A DNA stretch of 64,000 nt from Candidatus Oxydemutatoraceae bacterium (lineage in GTDB: Bacteria > Pseudomonadota > Gammaproteobacteria > Poriferisulfidales > Oxydemutatoraceae). Below, piece after piece: positions 33,286 through 43,680 of this stretch. The notes under the pieces are model-generated. The model made no database searches. It was not told where the DNA came from and was given only the letters and a program-made list of their open reading frames with translations. Within the stretch, counting starts at the first letter, position 1, and the number at the start of each line of letters is the position of its first letter. A program made the translations under genes and the position numbers. The DNA lies in NCBI GenBank assembly GCA_965218975.1, contig OZ244717.1, positions 1,696,001 to 1,760,000 of the forward strand, written 5' to 3'.

Positions 33286-33418
33286 ATGAAAGAAACGGAA
33301 TATTAGACAGCGATGACAAAAAACATCGTTGGCAAGTTCTCCTTAAGACTCCGAAGAAATATCAAAAATATCTTTTAATTGATTAAAATAGTTAAGAAAT
33401 ATACCGAGAGGTAATATC

Positions 33419-34726
33419 ATGACCGCAAACTTAGCAAAAGTTGCCAAAGAAAGAGGCATTAAATATTTTCTAGTCAGCTTCGTAGACTTGTTTGGAAACC
33501 TGCGGGCAAAGCTAGTGCCTGCGCATGCCATCAAAGACATGCAAAAAAATGGCGCAGGCTTTGCAGGCTTTGCAACATGGCTAGATATGACACCTGCACA
33601 TCCGGACCTATTTGGAGTACCGGACCCCGGTAGTTTGACTCAATTACCTTGGAATTCCGAGGTGGGTTGGTTAGCGTGTGACCTGTGGATGGATGGCAGA
33701 GAAGTCGAAGCTTCTCCTCGTGTTGCATTAAAAAGGCAACTTGAGCGTGCCGCCAAAAAAGGCTATTGCGTAAAAACAGGGGTCGAGTGTGAATACTTTC
33801 TGATTAATCAAGAAGGCACTGCGGTAGCAGATACAGCTGATACGCAAAGTAAACCCTGCTATGATCAACAAGCATTGATGCGGCATTATCCATTGATTCG
33901 CAAAATATGTGATAGCATGACCGAACTCGGATGGAACCCTTATCAAAACGACCATGAAGACGCTAATGGCCAGTTTGAAATGAATTGGGATTATGACGAT
34001 GCTATGTTGACCGCTGACCGGCATGTGTTTTTCAAATATATGACAAAAACTTTAGCTGAACAGCATAACCTACGCGCTACTTTTGCTCCGAAGCCATTTC
34101 CGAATTTAACTGGGAACGGTTGTCACGCACATATTTCCCTGTGGAATAAAACCGCGCAAAAGAACTTATTCTTGGATAAGAGCGATGATTTAGGTTTATC
34201 CGAGCTGGCCTATCAATTTCTAGGCGGTATCATGCAGCATGCGCAATCTTTGTGTGCAGTGTTTAACCCCACGGTGAACAGCTACAAGCGTATTAGCGCA
34301 CCACGCACCGCTTCGGGTGCTACCTGGTCGCCAAACTCTATCACCTATTCCGGTAACAATCGCACTCATATGATCCGCGTACCGGATGGTGGAAGATTCG
34401 AACTACGATTAATGGACGGCGCTGCAAATCCTTATTTATTACAAGCCGGCGTAATCGCCGCAGGATTGGATGGCATTAAAAACAAAAGTGATCCGGGTAA
34501 ACCTCTACATATTAATATGTACGAAGAAGGGTATAAACTAAAAGCAGTTAGGCAATTGCCGGCCACTCTAATCGATGCCTTACACTTACTCGACAAAAAT
34601 AAAGCGATTCGCAAAAGTTTAGGCGAAGAACTGATTAACGCGTTTATTAAACTTAAGATGCACGAATGGAGAGAATTCACTAGCCACTTCAGTGAGTGGG
34701 AACGTACCAACGCACTAGATTGTTGA
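33419..34726 (+). CDS. gmaS: Gamma-glutamylmethylamide synthetase (type III GS / GlnT-like)
   Basis: RAKLVPA...GAGFAGFATWLDM, KPCYDQ, YQNDHEDANGQFEMN and SGATWSP; mgsABC nearby. Confidence 0.88.
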   Translation: MTANLAKVAKERGIKYFLVSFVDLFGNLRAKLVPAHAIKDMQKNGAGFAGFATWLDMTPAHPDLFGVPDPGSLTQLPWNSEVGWLACDLWMDGREVEASPRVALKRQLERAAKKGYCVKTGVECEYFLINQEGTAVADTADTQSKPCYDQQALMRHYPLIRKICDSMTELGWNPYQNDHEDANGQFEMNWDYDDAMLTADRHVFFKYMTKTLAEQHNLRATFAPKPFPNLTGNGCHAHISLWNKTAQKNLFLDKSDDLGLSELAYQFLGGIMQHAQSLCAVFNPTVNSYKRISAPRTASGATWSPNSITYSGNNRTHMIRVPDGGRFELRLMDGAANPYLLQAGVIAAGLDGIKNKSDPGKPLHINMYEEGYKLKAVRQLPATLIDALHLLDKNKAIRKSLGEELINAFIKLKMHEWREFTSHFSEWERTNALDC

Positions 34727-35449
34727 TAATGTCGTCCGTTTCCAATTCTTATATAATAAGCGGGAATAGCGGTTCATATCTACCATATACTGATTGGCAG
34801 TTACATTCATATTCTCTAAAGCGCTCTCACCTAGCTGCTTTTCCAATGCGGACTTGTACGCGGGAATCTTGCCCCACTCCGTTACTGTCGTGGGTGTAAT
34901 TTCAATATGAAATTGCACGCTTAACACATGTGTTTCTATAGACATTGCTTGAACAATACAAGCGGGTGTCGAGGCAAGTACTTTTGCGTTTCTAGGCACA
35001 CGCTTTACTGCCGCACTGTGCCATTGCAAACAATACATATGTTTAGGCAACTGGTGCAAAAACGGACTATTAACACCCTGCTCCGTGCTCGTTACGCCCA
35101 GCACACCTATCTCAGGCTGCCGAGCTAAACGCACCTCTCCGCCTAATGCATCGGCTAATAGCTGGTGCCCTAAACAGAAACCTAAATAGGGCAATTTACG
35201 CTCCGACACAGCCTCACGAATCGCTGCCTTTTCATCTAATAACCAGGGATATTTATCTTCTTCCCATACATCCATCGGTCCGCCCATTACCCATAAAGCA
35301 TCATAACTATTCAAATTAGGGATGGGTTCACCTTCATCTAATTCAACGGTATGCCATTCAATCCCATCTTCTTTTAAAAATTCACGGAAGATTCCGGGGT
35401 GCTCTGCCGCAATATGTTGAAAAACCAATATTTGTTCTAACTTTTTCAC
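34715..35449 (-). CDS. Class I glutamine amidotransferase-like protein
   Basis: MGGPM, GFCLGHQ (Cys nucleophile) and QFHIE (His-Glu). Confidence 0.9.
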   Translation of the reverse strand: MKKLEQILVFQHIAAEHPGIFREFLKEDGIEWHTVELDEGEPIPNLNSYDALWVMGGPMDVWEEDKYPWLLDEKAAIREAVSERKLPYLGFCLGHQLLADALGGEVRLARQPEIGVLGVTSTEQGVNSPFLHQLPKHMYCLQWHSAAVKRVPRNAKVLASTPACIVQAMSIETHVLSVQFHIEITPTTVTEWGKIPAYKSALEKQLGESALENMNVTANQYMVDMNRYSRLLYKNWKRTTLSTI

Positions 35450-35451
35450 GA

Positions 35452-35949
35452 TTAATCAGCGCGCTTCAAATAAACACGTTCATTTGGCCCCTGCAACTCC
35501 ACATTAAACTTTGCCGTTTCAGGAGAGAATGCATCCTCTGCGACAATGTTCTCAAACATAATCTGCTGATTGCTAAAGTCGATGTAATTCACTCGTCGAT
35601 TATTCAATGTAAAAAATATTATATTAAGTGAATTCTGACGGACTAAAGAATCACGCTCTTCCTCAGACCAATCCCAATCAAACGGACAACCAGGGATATT
35701 TCTATCCGGTTTGTAATTTGACAAAATAAATGCCTTGTCCCATGCAAAAGGCATCGCATCGGTCAAATAAATAGTGCGATTAATATTATTTCTAAGATAA
35801 GTGTACAGATGTCCACGCAGCTGAGCTTGACTAGTACAGCTCTTATATTGAGCCTGGTAATACAAAACGAATACCAACGCAACTACTGAGGGTGCTATAA
35901 AGAGAATCGGTTTAGTCGGAATTTCCTGGAGTAAAACCCTTATATTCAT
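35452..35949 (-). CDS. Membrane-anchored hypothetical protein (165 aa)
   Basis: One N-terminal TM; coupled to the GATase gene. Confidence 0.7.
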   Translation of the reverse strand: MNIRVLLQEIPTKPILFIAPSVVALVFVLYYQAQYKSCTSQAQLRGHLYTYLRNNINRTIYLTDAMPFAWDKAFILSNYKPDRNIPGCPFDWDWSEEERDSLVRQNSLNIIFFTLNNRRVNYIDFSNQQIMFENIVAEDAFSPETAKFNVELQGPNERVYLKRAD

Positions 35950-35995
35950 TTCAGCCGCCGAATAATACGACTTTTACCAGTTAAGACAGACTGCA

Positions 35996-36028
35996 TAAAA
36001 AAGTCCCGGCTTTAGAAAAGCCGGGACT
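35996..36028 (-). terminator. Rho-independent terminator
   Basis: AGTCCCGGCTTT-loop-AAAGCCGGGACT followed by T6 on the minus strand. Confidence 0.85.
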
Positions 36029-36052
36029 AACAGGAGAACGTCAGCGAAAAAA

Positions 36053-36313
36053 CTATCGTTTAAAATGTCGCGAGGAAGGGTCTTCTTCAAGCTCAAGCGC
36101 TTGCTTCAGCCCTTCTTTATCTCCCCAACGCTTCAATTCTTCTTTGTGTTCATATTTTTCTATGGCTATTTGCCATATATGCCACACTATCCAAATGACA
36201 AATCCAATGAAAAATAGAAGCCATTCGGCCCCTACCATCGGATAAATTGGCCCTAGCTGATCTAAGTTAGCAAAACTTGTAATACCGGTAGACATTTTAT
36301 TTTCTCCCGTCAT
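36053..36313 (-). CDS. Small membrane protein downstream of amt
   Basis: GPIYPMVGAEW, then a Trp-rich TM; co-oriented with amt. Confidence 0.75.
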   Translation of the reverse strand: MTGENKMSTGITSFANLDQLGPIYPMVGAEWLLFFIGFVIWIVWHIWQIAIEKYEHKEELKRWGDKEGLKQALELEEDPSSRHFKR

Positions 36314-36343
36314 TAATTATTTTAAATAGAAAGTATCGGATCA

Positions 36344-37762
36344 TTATATAAGCCCATCCTTTTTCGCATTCTCCAATAGCAATTTATCTAATTCGCTTGA
36401 CTCTAGGTCTATTTGCATTTCGCTAGAAATATCCAAACCTGCCAACTCGATTTCTTTCGGAATACGCAACAGCCCTGCAGCATCAAGTATCTTTGCTGCA
36501 ATAAGAGCTGGGAAAAATCCTAAGACAAAGAACATAATGAGTGCGCCGATAAATTGCCCCCAAGGCGAAATAGTTGCGTAGTTTTCAAACGGCGAAGCCG
36601 GATACCCCCACAACACAAAACCACAAATGACAACACCAAAAAAGCCAGCGTACCCATGCACCGCAACTGCGCCTACCGCATCGTCCACCTTGAATCTCTT
36701 CTCAACCCAGTGATGCATCCTATATGCAATAATCACGCCCACAATTGAGATAACGAATGCTTGCATTGGATGGTATAAGTCATTTCCTGCCGAGGCGGCA
36801 ATCAAACCCGCAAGCCCACCGGAAAATGTCCAGAAAGGATCACCTTTAGAAACAATATAACCGCTCATTAACCCCCCGGACAAAGCAATTAAGAAATTAA
36901 ACGTAATTGCCGAAAGTGTCGTGGGACCAAGGTAGATATTAGTCGCAGTAAACATTGTTTTGCCTTCAACGTCTAACATATCACCGCCAAAGAAATCTAT
37001 GATAGGCACATTACACGCTGCATAGAATCCCCAAAAACCCGTGTAAATGAGAAAGATACCTATACACAGCAGCCACGGATTGTGCGGATTAATATTTCGA
37101 GGCGCTCCATCTTCACGGAACTTTCCGATACGCGGACCTAAAACCAGCAGTATGCCTAAAGCGAACCCGCCCGCAATTGCATGAATAACTCCCGAAGCAT
37201 ACGCATCATGGTAGCCTAGCTTATGCACCATCCAGCCGTCCCAATGCCAGCCCCAAGCCGCATCGATAATCCAAAGGACCGAACCAATTAAAACAGCCAA
37301 GATCCAAAATCCGCCGGATTGAATGCGTTCAATCACCGCACCGGAAACAATTGATGCCGCGGTCCATGAAAAAAGTAAAAATGCGCCCCAAAATACACCG
37401 TTAATACGCGCCCAAGACGCTGTATTATCTGCAGTTAACGCTTCCTGTACAGGGACGCCACCCATATGAGGGCCCATCAGCTCACTCCAAGGTGTCGCGT
37501 GCACTGCGCTTTGTATACTGCCCATAATTCCCGGTCCGTACGGAAATGCAAAATAAATCCACCATCCGAAAAAGAAAAATGTAATGGTCACTAACGGAAT
37601 GATCATTATATTTTTCATTAGAGTATGTAAGTGGTTTTTATGTCTTGAAGCGCCTACTTCATACATGCAGAATCCCACATGGATTAGGAACATGATTACT
37701 ACAGTTACCCAATAATAAAATTCGGTAAAAACGACGGTAAGCGAGCCTAGTGCATCAGTCAT
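36344..37762 (-). CDS. amt: Amt-family ammonium/methylammonium transporter
   Basis: SIVSGAVIER, GVIHAIAG, GPRIGKF and DDAVGAVAVHG; twin His retained. Confidence 0.92.
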   Translation of the reverse strand: MTDALGSLTVVFTEFYYWVTVVIMFLIHVGFCMYEVGASRHKNHLHTLMKNIMIIPLVTITFFFFGWWIYFAFPYGPGIMGSIQSAVHATPWSELMGPHMGGVPVQEALTADNTASWARINGVFWGAFLLFSWTAASIVSGAVIERIQSGGFWILAVLIGSVLWIIDAAWGWHWDGWMVHKLGYHDAYASGVIHAIAGGFALGILLVLGPRIGKFREDGAPRNINPHNPWLLCIGIFLIYTGFWGFYAACNVPIIDFFGGDMLDVEGKTMFTATNIYLGPTTLSAITFNFLIALSGGLMSGYIVSKGDPFWTFSGGLAGLIAASAGNDLYHPMQAFVISIVGVIIAYRMHHWVEKRFKVDDAVGAVAVHGYAGFFGVVICGFVLWGYPASPFENYATISPWGQFIGALIMFFVLGFFPALIAAKILDAAGLLRIPKEIELAGLDISSEMQIDLESSELDKLLLENAKKDGLI

Positions 37763-37807
37763 ACCTATTCCTCCCTTTTGTTTTCTTTTGATCGCAACAC
37801 ATCTTAA

Positions 37808-37845
37808 ATTAAGTGTTCGTTAAACATTAAGTGTTCGTTAAACAT
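37808..37845. repeat. 18-bp tandem repeat upstream of amt
   Basis: ATTAAGTGTTCGTTAAAC occurs twice in tandem. Confidence 0.9.
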
Positions 37846-37984
37846 AGCGAATATGCGAACATTATTATTAGTTATGCCTGTATCGCAGCTAATACATTAC
37901 ACCTCATTTTTCATATAAAAAATATACCGTGAGTATTAGTCCTAATAGGTATATTTTTTCTAACTACTAATAGGCATAAATAAG

Positions 37985-39366
37985 TGTACGATGCCACCTA
38001 AATGGGATTTTTGAAGAGCTTTGAGGGAAGCGCTCGGCAGTAACATTCGGACCGGTGCTTTCTGTCCGTGTGAGACGCGCCCGGAAAACCGATCGGTTTT
38101 CAGCGGCGAACGACCCGACAAGGATGTCGGGGCTGGCACTCATTGACAGAACCAAGTCTCGTCATGGACGACAGGCACTTTGCTGAGCATTCGCCAACAA
38201 ACACAAAACGGTTCCATAACCGGTCATTGAATGCTTCCGTATCGGCGAATAGCAGGTCTTCTGCATGATCGATACAATCTTCTTGGACGGTGCGGTTGAA
38301 GCGCTTGATGTGTGCGTTCATTTTTGGACACTTGGGATAGGTCAGCCACTGCTCAATCACGGGTGATTCCCGGATGAGCCGGGCAAACTGTCCTTGAAAC
38401 TCACTCCCGCCGTCCGTCAGGGTGAAACGCGCCCGGAAAACCGATCGGTTTTCAGCGGCGAACGACCCGACAAGGACGTCGGGGCTGGCGCTCATTGACA
38501 GAACCCAGTCTCGTCATGGATGACAGGCACTTTGCCGACAATCCGGCACAATCCGCCGACAATCCGGCAGCAAACACAAAACGGTTTCATCAGCTCAAAG
38601 ACTTTACTGCTGCCGAAATTCTGCCAGGCGCAGGAATGCGGCAGCACTACGGCTGTTACAGCGGTTGGTTGCCACTGCTGTTGCCATACGGGTATAGACA
38701 TCGATGGCCGTTAAGACGTAGCGGCGCACTTCGTGCTGATCACGCACGATTGTATCCAGGGCGATGCAATGCCCCGGATACTGTGCTTTGAAGTGTTTCG
38801 GCTTGCGTGCCTTGCAACGGTGCTTGAACAGTCGTTTTGTTTGTTCTTTAGCATTCAGATGCTGCAGAATACAGCGCATTTTATCCGGCGCATCCGCGAT
38901 CAGGCCGCAATCGTGCGGACACTCGGGCAGGGTGAGATGCGCCCGGAAAACCGATCGGTTTTCAGCGGCAAGCGACCCGACAAGGACGTCGAGGCTGGGG
39001 TTCATTCGCAGAACCAAGTCTCGTCATGGATGACAGGCACTTTGCTAGGTTGCGGCCAGGTCCGCCGACGCCTCTTGCGCGGTGCTTTGCCGCGGTCATG
39101 CAAGGCGCTGAGCCCAGTGCGGCGATAACGCTTGCGCCAGGCATACAAAGTGCTACGACTGAGCTTGAATGTGTTCGGGAGTTACAATCCTCCCAAAATA
39201 ACAGGGCATCGTGTTTCTGTTGAGCCGTTGTGTTCATGAGCCTCTATTTTTGAAGCAAAATTGGCTCATATAGAAACCTTTGATGCGGTGGCCGATGTGC
39301 TGGTATTGCATATCGGTCACCTTTTCGAGTTAAGCCGTGAGTCCCATATGTATCTGGCACTATACA
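37985..39366 (-). mobile_element. Near full-length degenerate IS481-family element interrupted three times by the structured repeat
   Basis: TGT..ACA ends; colinear HTH, ALDT/AID, TDGGSEF and RFNRTVQE segments. Confidence 0.85.
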
Positions 39367-39395
39367 CTGTGGTTCCCGACTCGAAGTGGACCCGC

Positions 39396-39998
39396 TCATT
39401 GAAACAAGGACACACTACTCATTTCATTCGGCAAGGGGTCTGCGAGTACCCGCTTCCAATTAGGGTCAAAAGCAAGAATTTGAATGCTCGGCGGAAGGTG
39501 CGGATTAAATAAAGCATTGTGCCAATAAGTTGCCTGAAATTCATGTTCATTCGCAGCTAAATTCTTAACCCGGCACGGAATCGTATACTGTTGATTTTGT
39601 TGATGGAAAATTAATACAATCGTGTTCGCAGCTAGTATTCTATTTGTAATTTCGGATGCTGCGGGCAACAGTGCAGTCAATCGATCGGTGAATTGATCCG
39701 CATGTTGGTAATGACCGGCAACAAGCGTTTTCAATACCGAATCACGACGTATCGCCGGATCATGGGTTTTTTTATACATAAAACGAAATTCGGGAATCAA
39801 TCCCGTTAGGTCTCTCCGATTGATCAGTACAATAAGTCTGGTGAACACTTGATTATCTATGACGACCACCGCTCGCATTCCTGAAGACGGCCGCCCATCT
39901 TGCATACGCACTGCATGTTGACGTATCCGACATTGCCAACTTAAAAAATGATGGCGTAATAATTGTTCGGTCGATCGCGCACTTGCCACGATTATCAT
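39396..39998 (-). CDS. Hypothetical protein (200 aa)
   Basis: Co-oriented with the mgs operon; WQCRIRQ...GRPS and YWHNALFNP look like conserved motifs. Confidence 0.7.
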   Translation of the reverse strand: MIIVASARSTEQLLRHHFLSWQCRIRQHAVRMQDGRPSSGMRAVVVIDNQVFTRLIVLINRRDLTGLIPEFRFMYKKTHDPAIRRDSVLKTLVAGHYQHADQFTDRLTALLPAASEITNRILAANTIVLIFHQQNQQYTIPCRVKNLAANEHEFQATYWHNALFNPHLPPSIQILAFDPNWKRVLADPLPNEMSSVSLFQ

Positions 39999-40093
39999 CT
40001 CAGATAAGCAACATTAATAGCACATAGAAATAAACCGGAATCCGCCAATCAGACTAAAATTATTCTACATCCTATTAGTATAACGATCAGGCT

Positions 40094-40489
40094 TTAGCTA
40101 AATTTCCCATAAGCTTTGCGCAACTCAATCAGAGGATGATTCGGCGACATTTGAAATTTAACCAGCAGCTCTCTTGCAATCATGTCTCGATCCTGCTGAT
40201 TATCCGGTAGATCCATATCCTCCGGAACCGTAATCCAACCATTAATATTGCGATCAAAAACCGCAGCGCGACCTTCCTCATACCCCATATGTACATCTTC
40301 CAGCCAGTTGAGATCGCTCCAACCCATAATATCAATATATTTTTTAAGAAAAGGCGTGAGTTTGCTTAAATCGGGAACTAAATTTACATCGTAGCGATAA
40401 CCAATATGTTGCCCGATCATCCGAGCGCGCTCATCGTCGAGATCATCGGATTTTAGAAATTGATCAATGTCTTTGTTTTTTTTACTCAT
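40094..40489 (-). CDS. Hypothetical protein (131 aa) downstream of mgsC
   Basis: Tight spacing with mgsC; protein-like composition. Confidence 0.8.
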   Translation of the reverse strand: MSKKNKDIDQFLKSDDLDDERARMIGQHIGYRYDVNLVPDLSKLTPFLKKYIDIMGWSDLNWLEDVHMGYEEGRAAVFDRNINGWITVPEDMDLPDNQQDRDMIARELLVKFQMSPNHPLIELRKAYGKFS

Positions 40490-40512
40490 AATACTCTCTA
40501 AATAAAATCCTT

Positions 40513-41859
40513 TTAGAAACGTGTCATATCAGGACGCCCCACTGTGTACTGAGTCCCAGCGATCGGCACTTGCGCACATGCGGATGCTTCTAAGGTCAAT
40601 GCAGCTAAATCTTCCGGCTCTAAAGAATGAATGTTGGTCTTGCCGCATGCACGTGCAAACATTTGCGCTTCAATCGTTAAAGTATGTAAGAAGTTATAAA
40701 CGCGTATCGAGGCATCATCCGGATTCAGACGCGCGCGTAGCTGGGGGTCTTGTGTCGCCACGCCCACCGGGCAACGACCGGTATGACAATGATAACAACT
40801 ACCTGCTTCCACGCCCATTTCTTCTTCAAAATTTGCTTCCGGAATATCCTTATTACAGTTTAGCGCCATCAATGCCGCGTGTCCGATAGCGACAGCATCC
40901 GCACCTAAGGCAATCGCTTTTGCCAAATCCGCACCATTGCGAATTCCTCCCGCATAAACAAGAGATATTTGGTCTTCCATACCTACATCTTGAATTGCGC
41001 GGCGTGCTTGCCGTATTGCCGCGATCCCAGGAACACCGGTATCCTCTGTCGCAAGATGCGGACCCGCTCCCGTACCACCTTCCATGCCATCGATATAAAT
41101 TGAATCCGGATCCGTTTTTGCAGCCATACGCACGTCATCATAAACACGCGCTGCACCCAATTTTAATTGGATGGGAATTTGCCAATCTGTGGCTTCGCGT
41201 ATCTCTTGAATCTTTAAGGCAAGATCATCCGGCCCCAACCAATCAGGGTGTCTTGCAGGCGATCGTTGATCAATACCCGCAGGCAACGAACGCATTTCCG
41301 CAACTTGGTCGGTCACCTTTTGTCCCATCAAATGCCCGCCCAAACCTACTTTACAACCTTGTCCGATAAAAAACTCCACACCATCGGCAAGAAGTAAATG
41401 CTGCGGATTAAATCCGTATCGCGATTGAATACATTGGTAGAACCATTTTTCCGAGTAGCGACGTTCGTCAGGAATCATGCCGCCTTCACCTGAGCAGGTC
41501 GCAGTACCCGCCATAGTAGCGCCACGTGCCAATGCGGTTTTAGCTTCATAACTTAAAGCACCAAAACTCATACCGGTAATGTAAACAGGTATATCTAGTT
41601 TTAATGGCCGCTTTGCACGCGGACCAATAATCGTTTCGGTTGAACATTTCTCTCGATATCCTTCAATCACAAATCGAGTCAGGGTGCCCGGCATAAAAGT
41701 CAGGTCGTCCCATGTGGGAATTTTTTTAAATAGTGAAAATCCGCGCATACGATAACGGCCCAACTCAGACTTGATATGGATGTCATTAATCACCTCAGGA
41801 GGAAATATAAAGCTCTTTCCAAGTAGATATTTTTTATCTTCGTCTTTTACTGAAGGCAT
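40513..41859 (-). CDS. mgsC: N-methylglutamate synthase subunit C (FMN-binding glutamate synthase domain)
   Basis: MSFGALS, GEGG, GQGCKVGLGGHL and CYHCHTGRCPVGVATQ. Confidence 0.85.
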   Translation of the reverse strand: MPSVKDEDKKYLLGKSFIFPPEVINDIHIKSELGRYRMRGFSLFKKIPTWDDLTFMPGTLTRFVIEGYREKCSTETIIGPRAKRPLKLDIPVYITGMSFGALSYEAKTALARGATMAGTATCSGEGGMIPDERRYSEKWFYQCIQSRYGFNPQHLLLADGVEFFIGQGCKVGLGGHLMGQKVTDQVAEMRSLPAGIDQRSPARHPDWLGPDDLALKIQEIREATDWQIPIQLKLGAARVYDDVRMAAKTDPDSIYIDGMEGGTGAGPHLATEDTGVPGIAAIRQARRAIQDVGMEDQISLVYAGGIRNGADLAKAIALGADAVAIGHAALMALNCNKDIPEANFEEEMGVEAGSCYHCHTGRCPVGVATQDPQLRARLNPDDASIRVYNFLHTLTIEAQMFARACGKTNIHSLEPEDLAALTLEASACAQVPIAGTQYTVGRPDMTRF

Positions 41860-41884
41860 ATTCTTTACCTCTCATGTATCTTGA

Positions 41885-42727
41885 TTATAGTACCAGTTTC
41901 TTTTCAGTCGGTTCAAGGTTGTCATAATTCCACAATTGCTTTCCAGACTCAATCTTGGTAATGTTTTCAACACCGTTCGGCGCTTCCATTCCGTATAACT
42001 CTAATTTACTTTCCAAGTAGCGAACGTCTACATCCGTCAATTCACCTTCAACCGCATCCACTCCTAATCTCTTAGTTTTACCAGCCAGATAAATAATCCC
42101 GTCGTACATGGAATCGCCCAGGTTTTCATTTGCATTACCCAAAATAATCATGCGGCCTCTTTGCATCATGAATCCCGAGAATGCACCGGTATCTCCGCCG
42201 ATAATAATCGTTCCGCCTTTTTGATCGATACCCGTACGCGAACCTACGCTGCCTTTGCAAACCAAATCCCCGCCACGAATTGCCGCACCAAAAGTTGACC
42301 CGGCGTTTTTTTCAATTACAATGGTTCCCGCCAGCATATTCTCTCCGCACGACCAACCGACGCGGCCATTAATGCGAACGTTCGGACCGTCAATAAGGCT
42401 ACAGGCAAAATACCCCAAGCTGCCTTCGAACTTCAAATTGAGCCGGTTTAGTATTCCAACACCTAGCGAATGTTTACCCATGGGATTTCTAACCGTAATC
42501 GTGCCGTAACCTTGTTTCATAAGTTCACGAATTTTGATGTTGATATCAGTGGTTCCCATATCCGCGCAATCGAATTCCGTTGACTTTTCAAAATCCACAT
42601 CATAAGCATACACATGAATAAAATTCTCTTCCGCAGAGGACGAGAAATATATCTGTTGGGTGCGACCCGACAGTTGCTCGGCATGCATCCCCATATCATA
42701 GGACTTGCTTTCTTTTACACTTGCCAT
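41885..42727 (-). CDS. mgsB: N-methylglutamate synthase subunit B (GXGXG domain)
   Basis: GXGXG beta-helix repeats; lies between the GATase-II and FMN subunits. Confidence 0.85.
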   Translation of the reverse strand: MASVKESKSYDMGMHAEQLSGRTQQIYFSSSAEENFIHVYAYDVDFEKSTEFDCADMGTTDINIKIRELMKQGYGTITVRNPMGKHSLGVGILNRLNLKFEGSLGYFACSLIDGPNVRINGRVGWSCGENMLAGTIVIEKNAGSTFGAAIRGGDLVCKGSVGSRTGIDQKGGTIIIGGDTGAFSGFMMQRGRMIILGNANENLGDSMYDGIIYLAGKTKRLGVDAVEGELTDVDVRYLESKLELYGMEAPNGVENITKIESGKQLWNYDNLEPTEKKLVL

Positions 42728-43656
42728 ACCCGTACCTCCCCTTCATACGGATCAAAGGTGTCTATCTCACGCGGAAAAATGCTGCGAATTGAAATTTCTT
42801 CCGAAGCGAGAGCAACAAACTCATCACCTTCATAAATGACCATCGGCTTAGCAGCCATAGTATCTTTCGCCATTCCCAACTGATTGCCGGTTGCCACTAA
42901 ATAAGAAAATACACCATCCAAGTAATGTACTGAACGATTCATCGCTTCTTCCAAATCATCGCCTTGATCAATTCGGTCCGCTAAATACACGGCGATTAGT
43001 TCGGAATCACAATCCGACATGAAACGATGGCTTCGACGTTCCAATGCGCGTCGATTGGTCCAATAATTGGTCAACTGGCCATTATGCACGACAGACACAT
43101 CTGTGAACGGATATGCCCAATACGGATGCGCCGATCGTATATCAACATCTGATTCCGTCGCCATACGTGCATGACCAATGCTATGGGTGCCTTTGAAATC
43201 GCTTAACTTGTACTGCCTAGATACGGTTTCGGCATCGCCCAAATCTTTGATCAATTCCAACGCATTTCCAACCGACATTATTTCGACACCGTCCACATCT
43301 TCAACATAATCAATCAGCCGACGCAAATCCCCATCGAAAGTAAAAGTATAACGGTGAGAATATTCTGTCGGGACTTGTCGATCCGTAATATTAGCGCCTG
43401 ATTCCTTTAAACGCGCTCCAACCGCTTCTTCTCGCGCTTTTACTTCCGCATGAATACCAAAACCTATTTTCATTGCTTCTTGTTCCGCAGTAATAAAGCG
43501 CATTACATATTCATTTTTATCTTTGTTCGCATTTCCGTACAAAGCAAACCCGGTAGAGTCATACCCACGATGTCTCAAAGCTTGCAACATCAAGGTCATT
43601 TCCAAACCGATGTTCGAACTTTTACCTTTCCAGATAAGCCCCGCTATTCCACACAT
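42715..43656 (-). CDS. mgsA: N-methylglutamate synthase subunit A (class II amidotransferase)
   Basis: MCGIAG N-terminal Cys, HRG.DS, GHARMATES, HNGQL and DSE. Confidence 0.85.
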   Translation of the reverse strand: MCGIAGLIWKGKSSNIGLEMTLMLQALRHRGYDSTGFALYGNANKDKNEYVMRFITAEQEAMKIGFGIHAEVKAREEAVGARLKESGANITDRQVPTEYSHRYTFTFDGDLRRLIDYVEDVDGVEIMSVGNALELIKDLGDAETVSRQYKLSDFKGTHSIGHARMATESDVDIRSAHPYWAYPFTDVSVVHNGQLTNYWTNRRALERRSHRFMSDCDSELIAVYLADRIDQGDDLEEAMNRSVHYLDGVFSYLVATGNQLGMAKDTMAAKPMVIYEGDEFVALASEEISIRSIFPREIDTFDPYEGEVRVWQV

Positions 43657-43680
43657 CACAATTCTCCTGTTTATTATTTA

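Noticed and set aside
29788-33386. Many 60-130 aa ORFs containing SFAAENRSVF or SGRSPLKTDRF
   Set aside because: Translations of the dispersed repeat and transposase debris, not genes.
38515-38620. Repeat tail reading KRFHQLKDFTAAEI, faintly like an ornithine carbamoyltransferase N-terminus
   Set aside because: Too short and frame-variable among copies.
37985-39366. CRISPR-like array (repeat alternating with unique sequence)
   Set aside because: Repeats are ~115 nt, the intervening pieces are 200-400 nt colinear transposase segments, and no cas genes are present.
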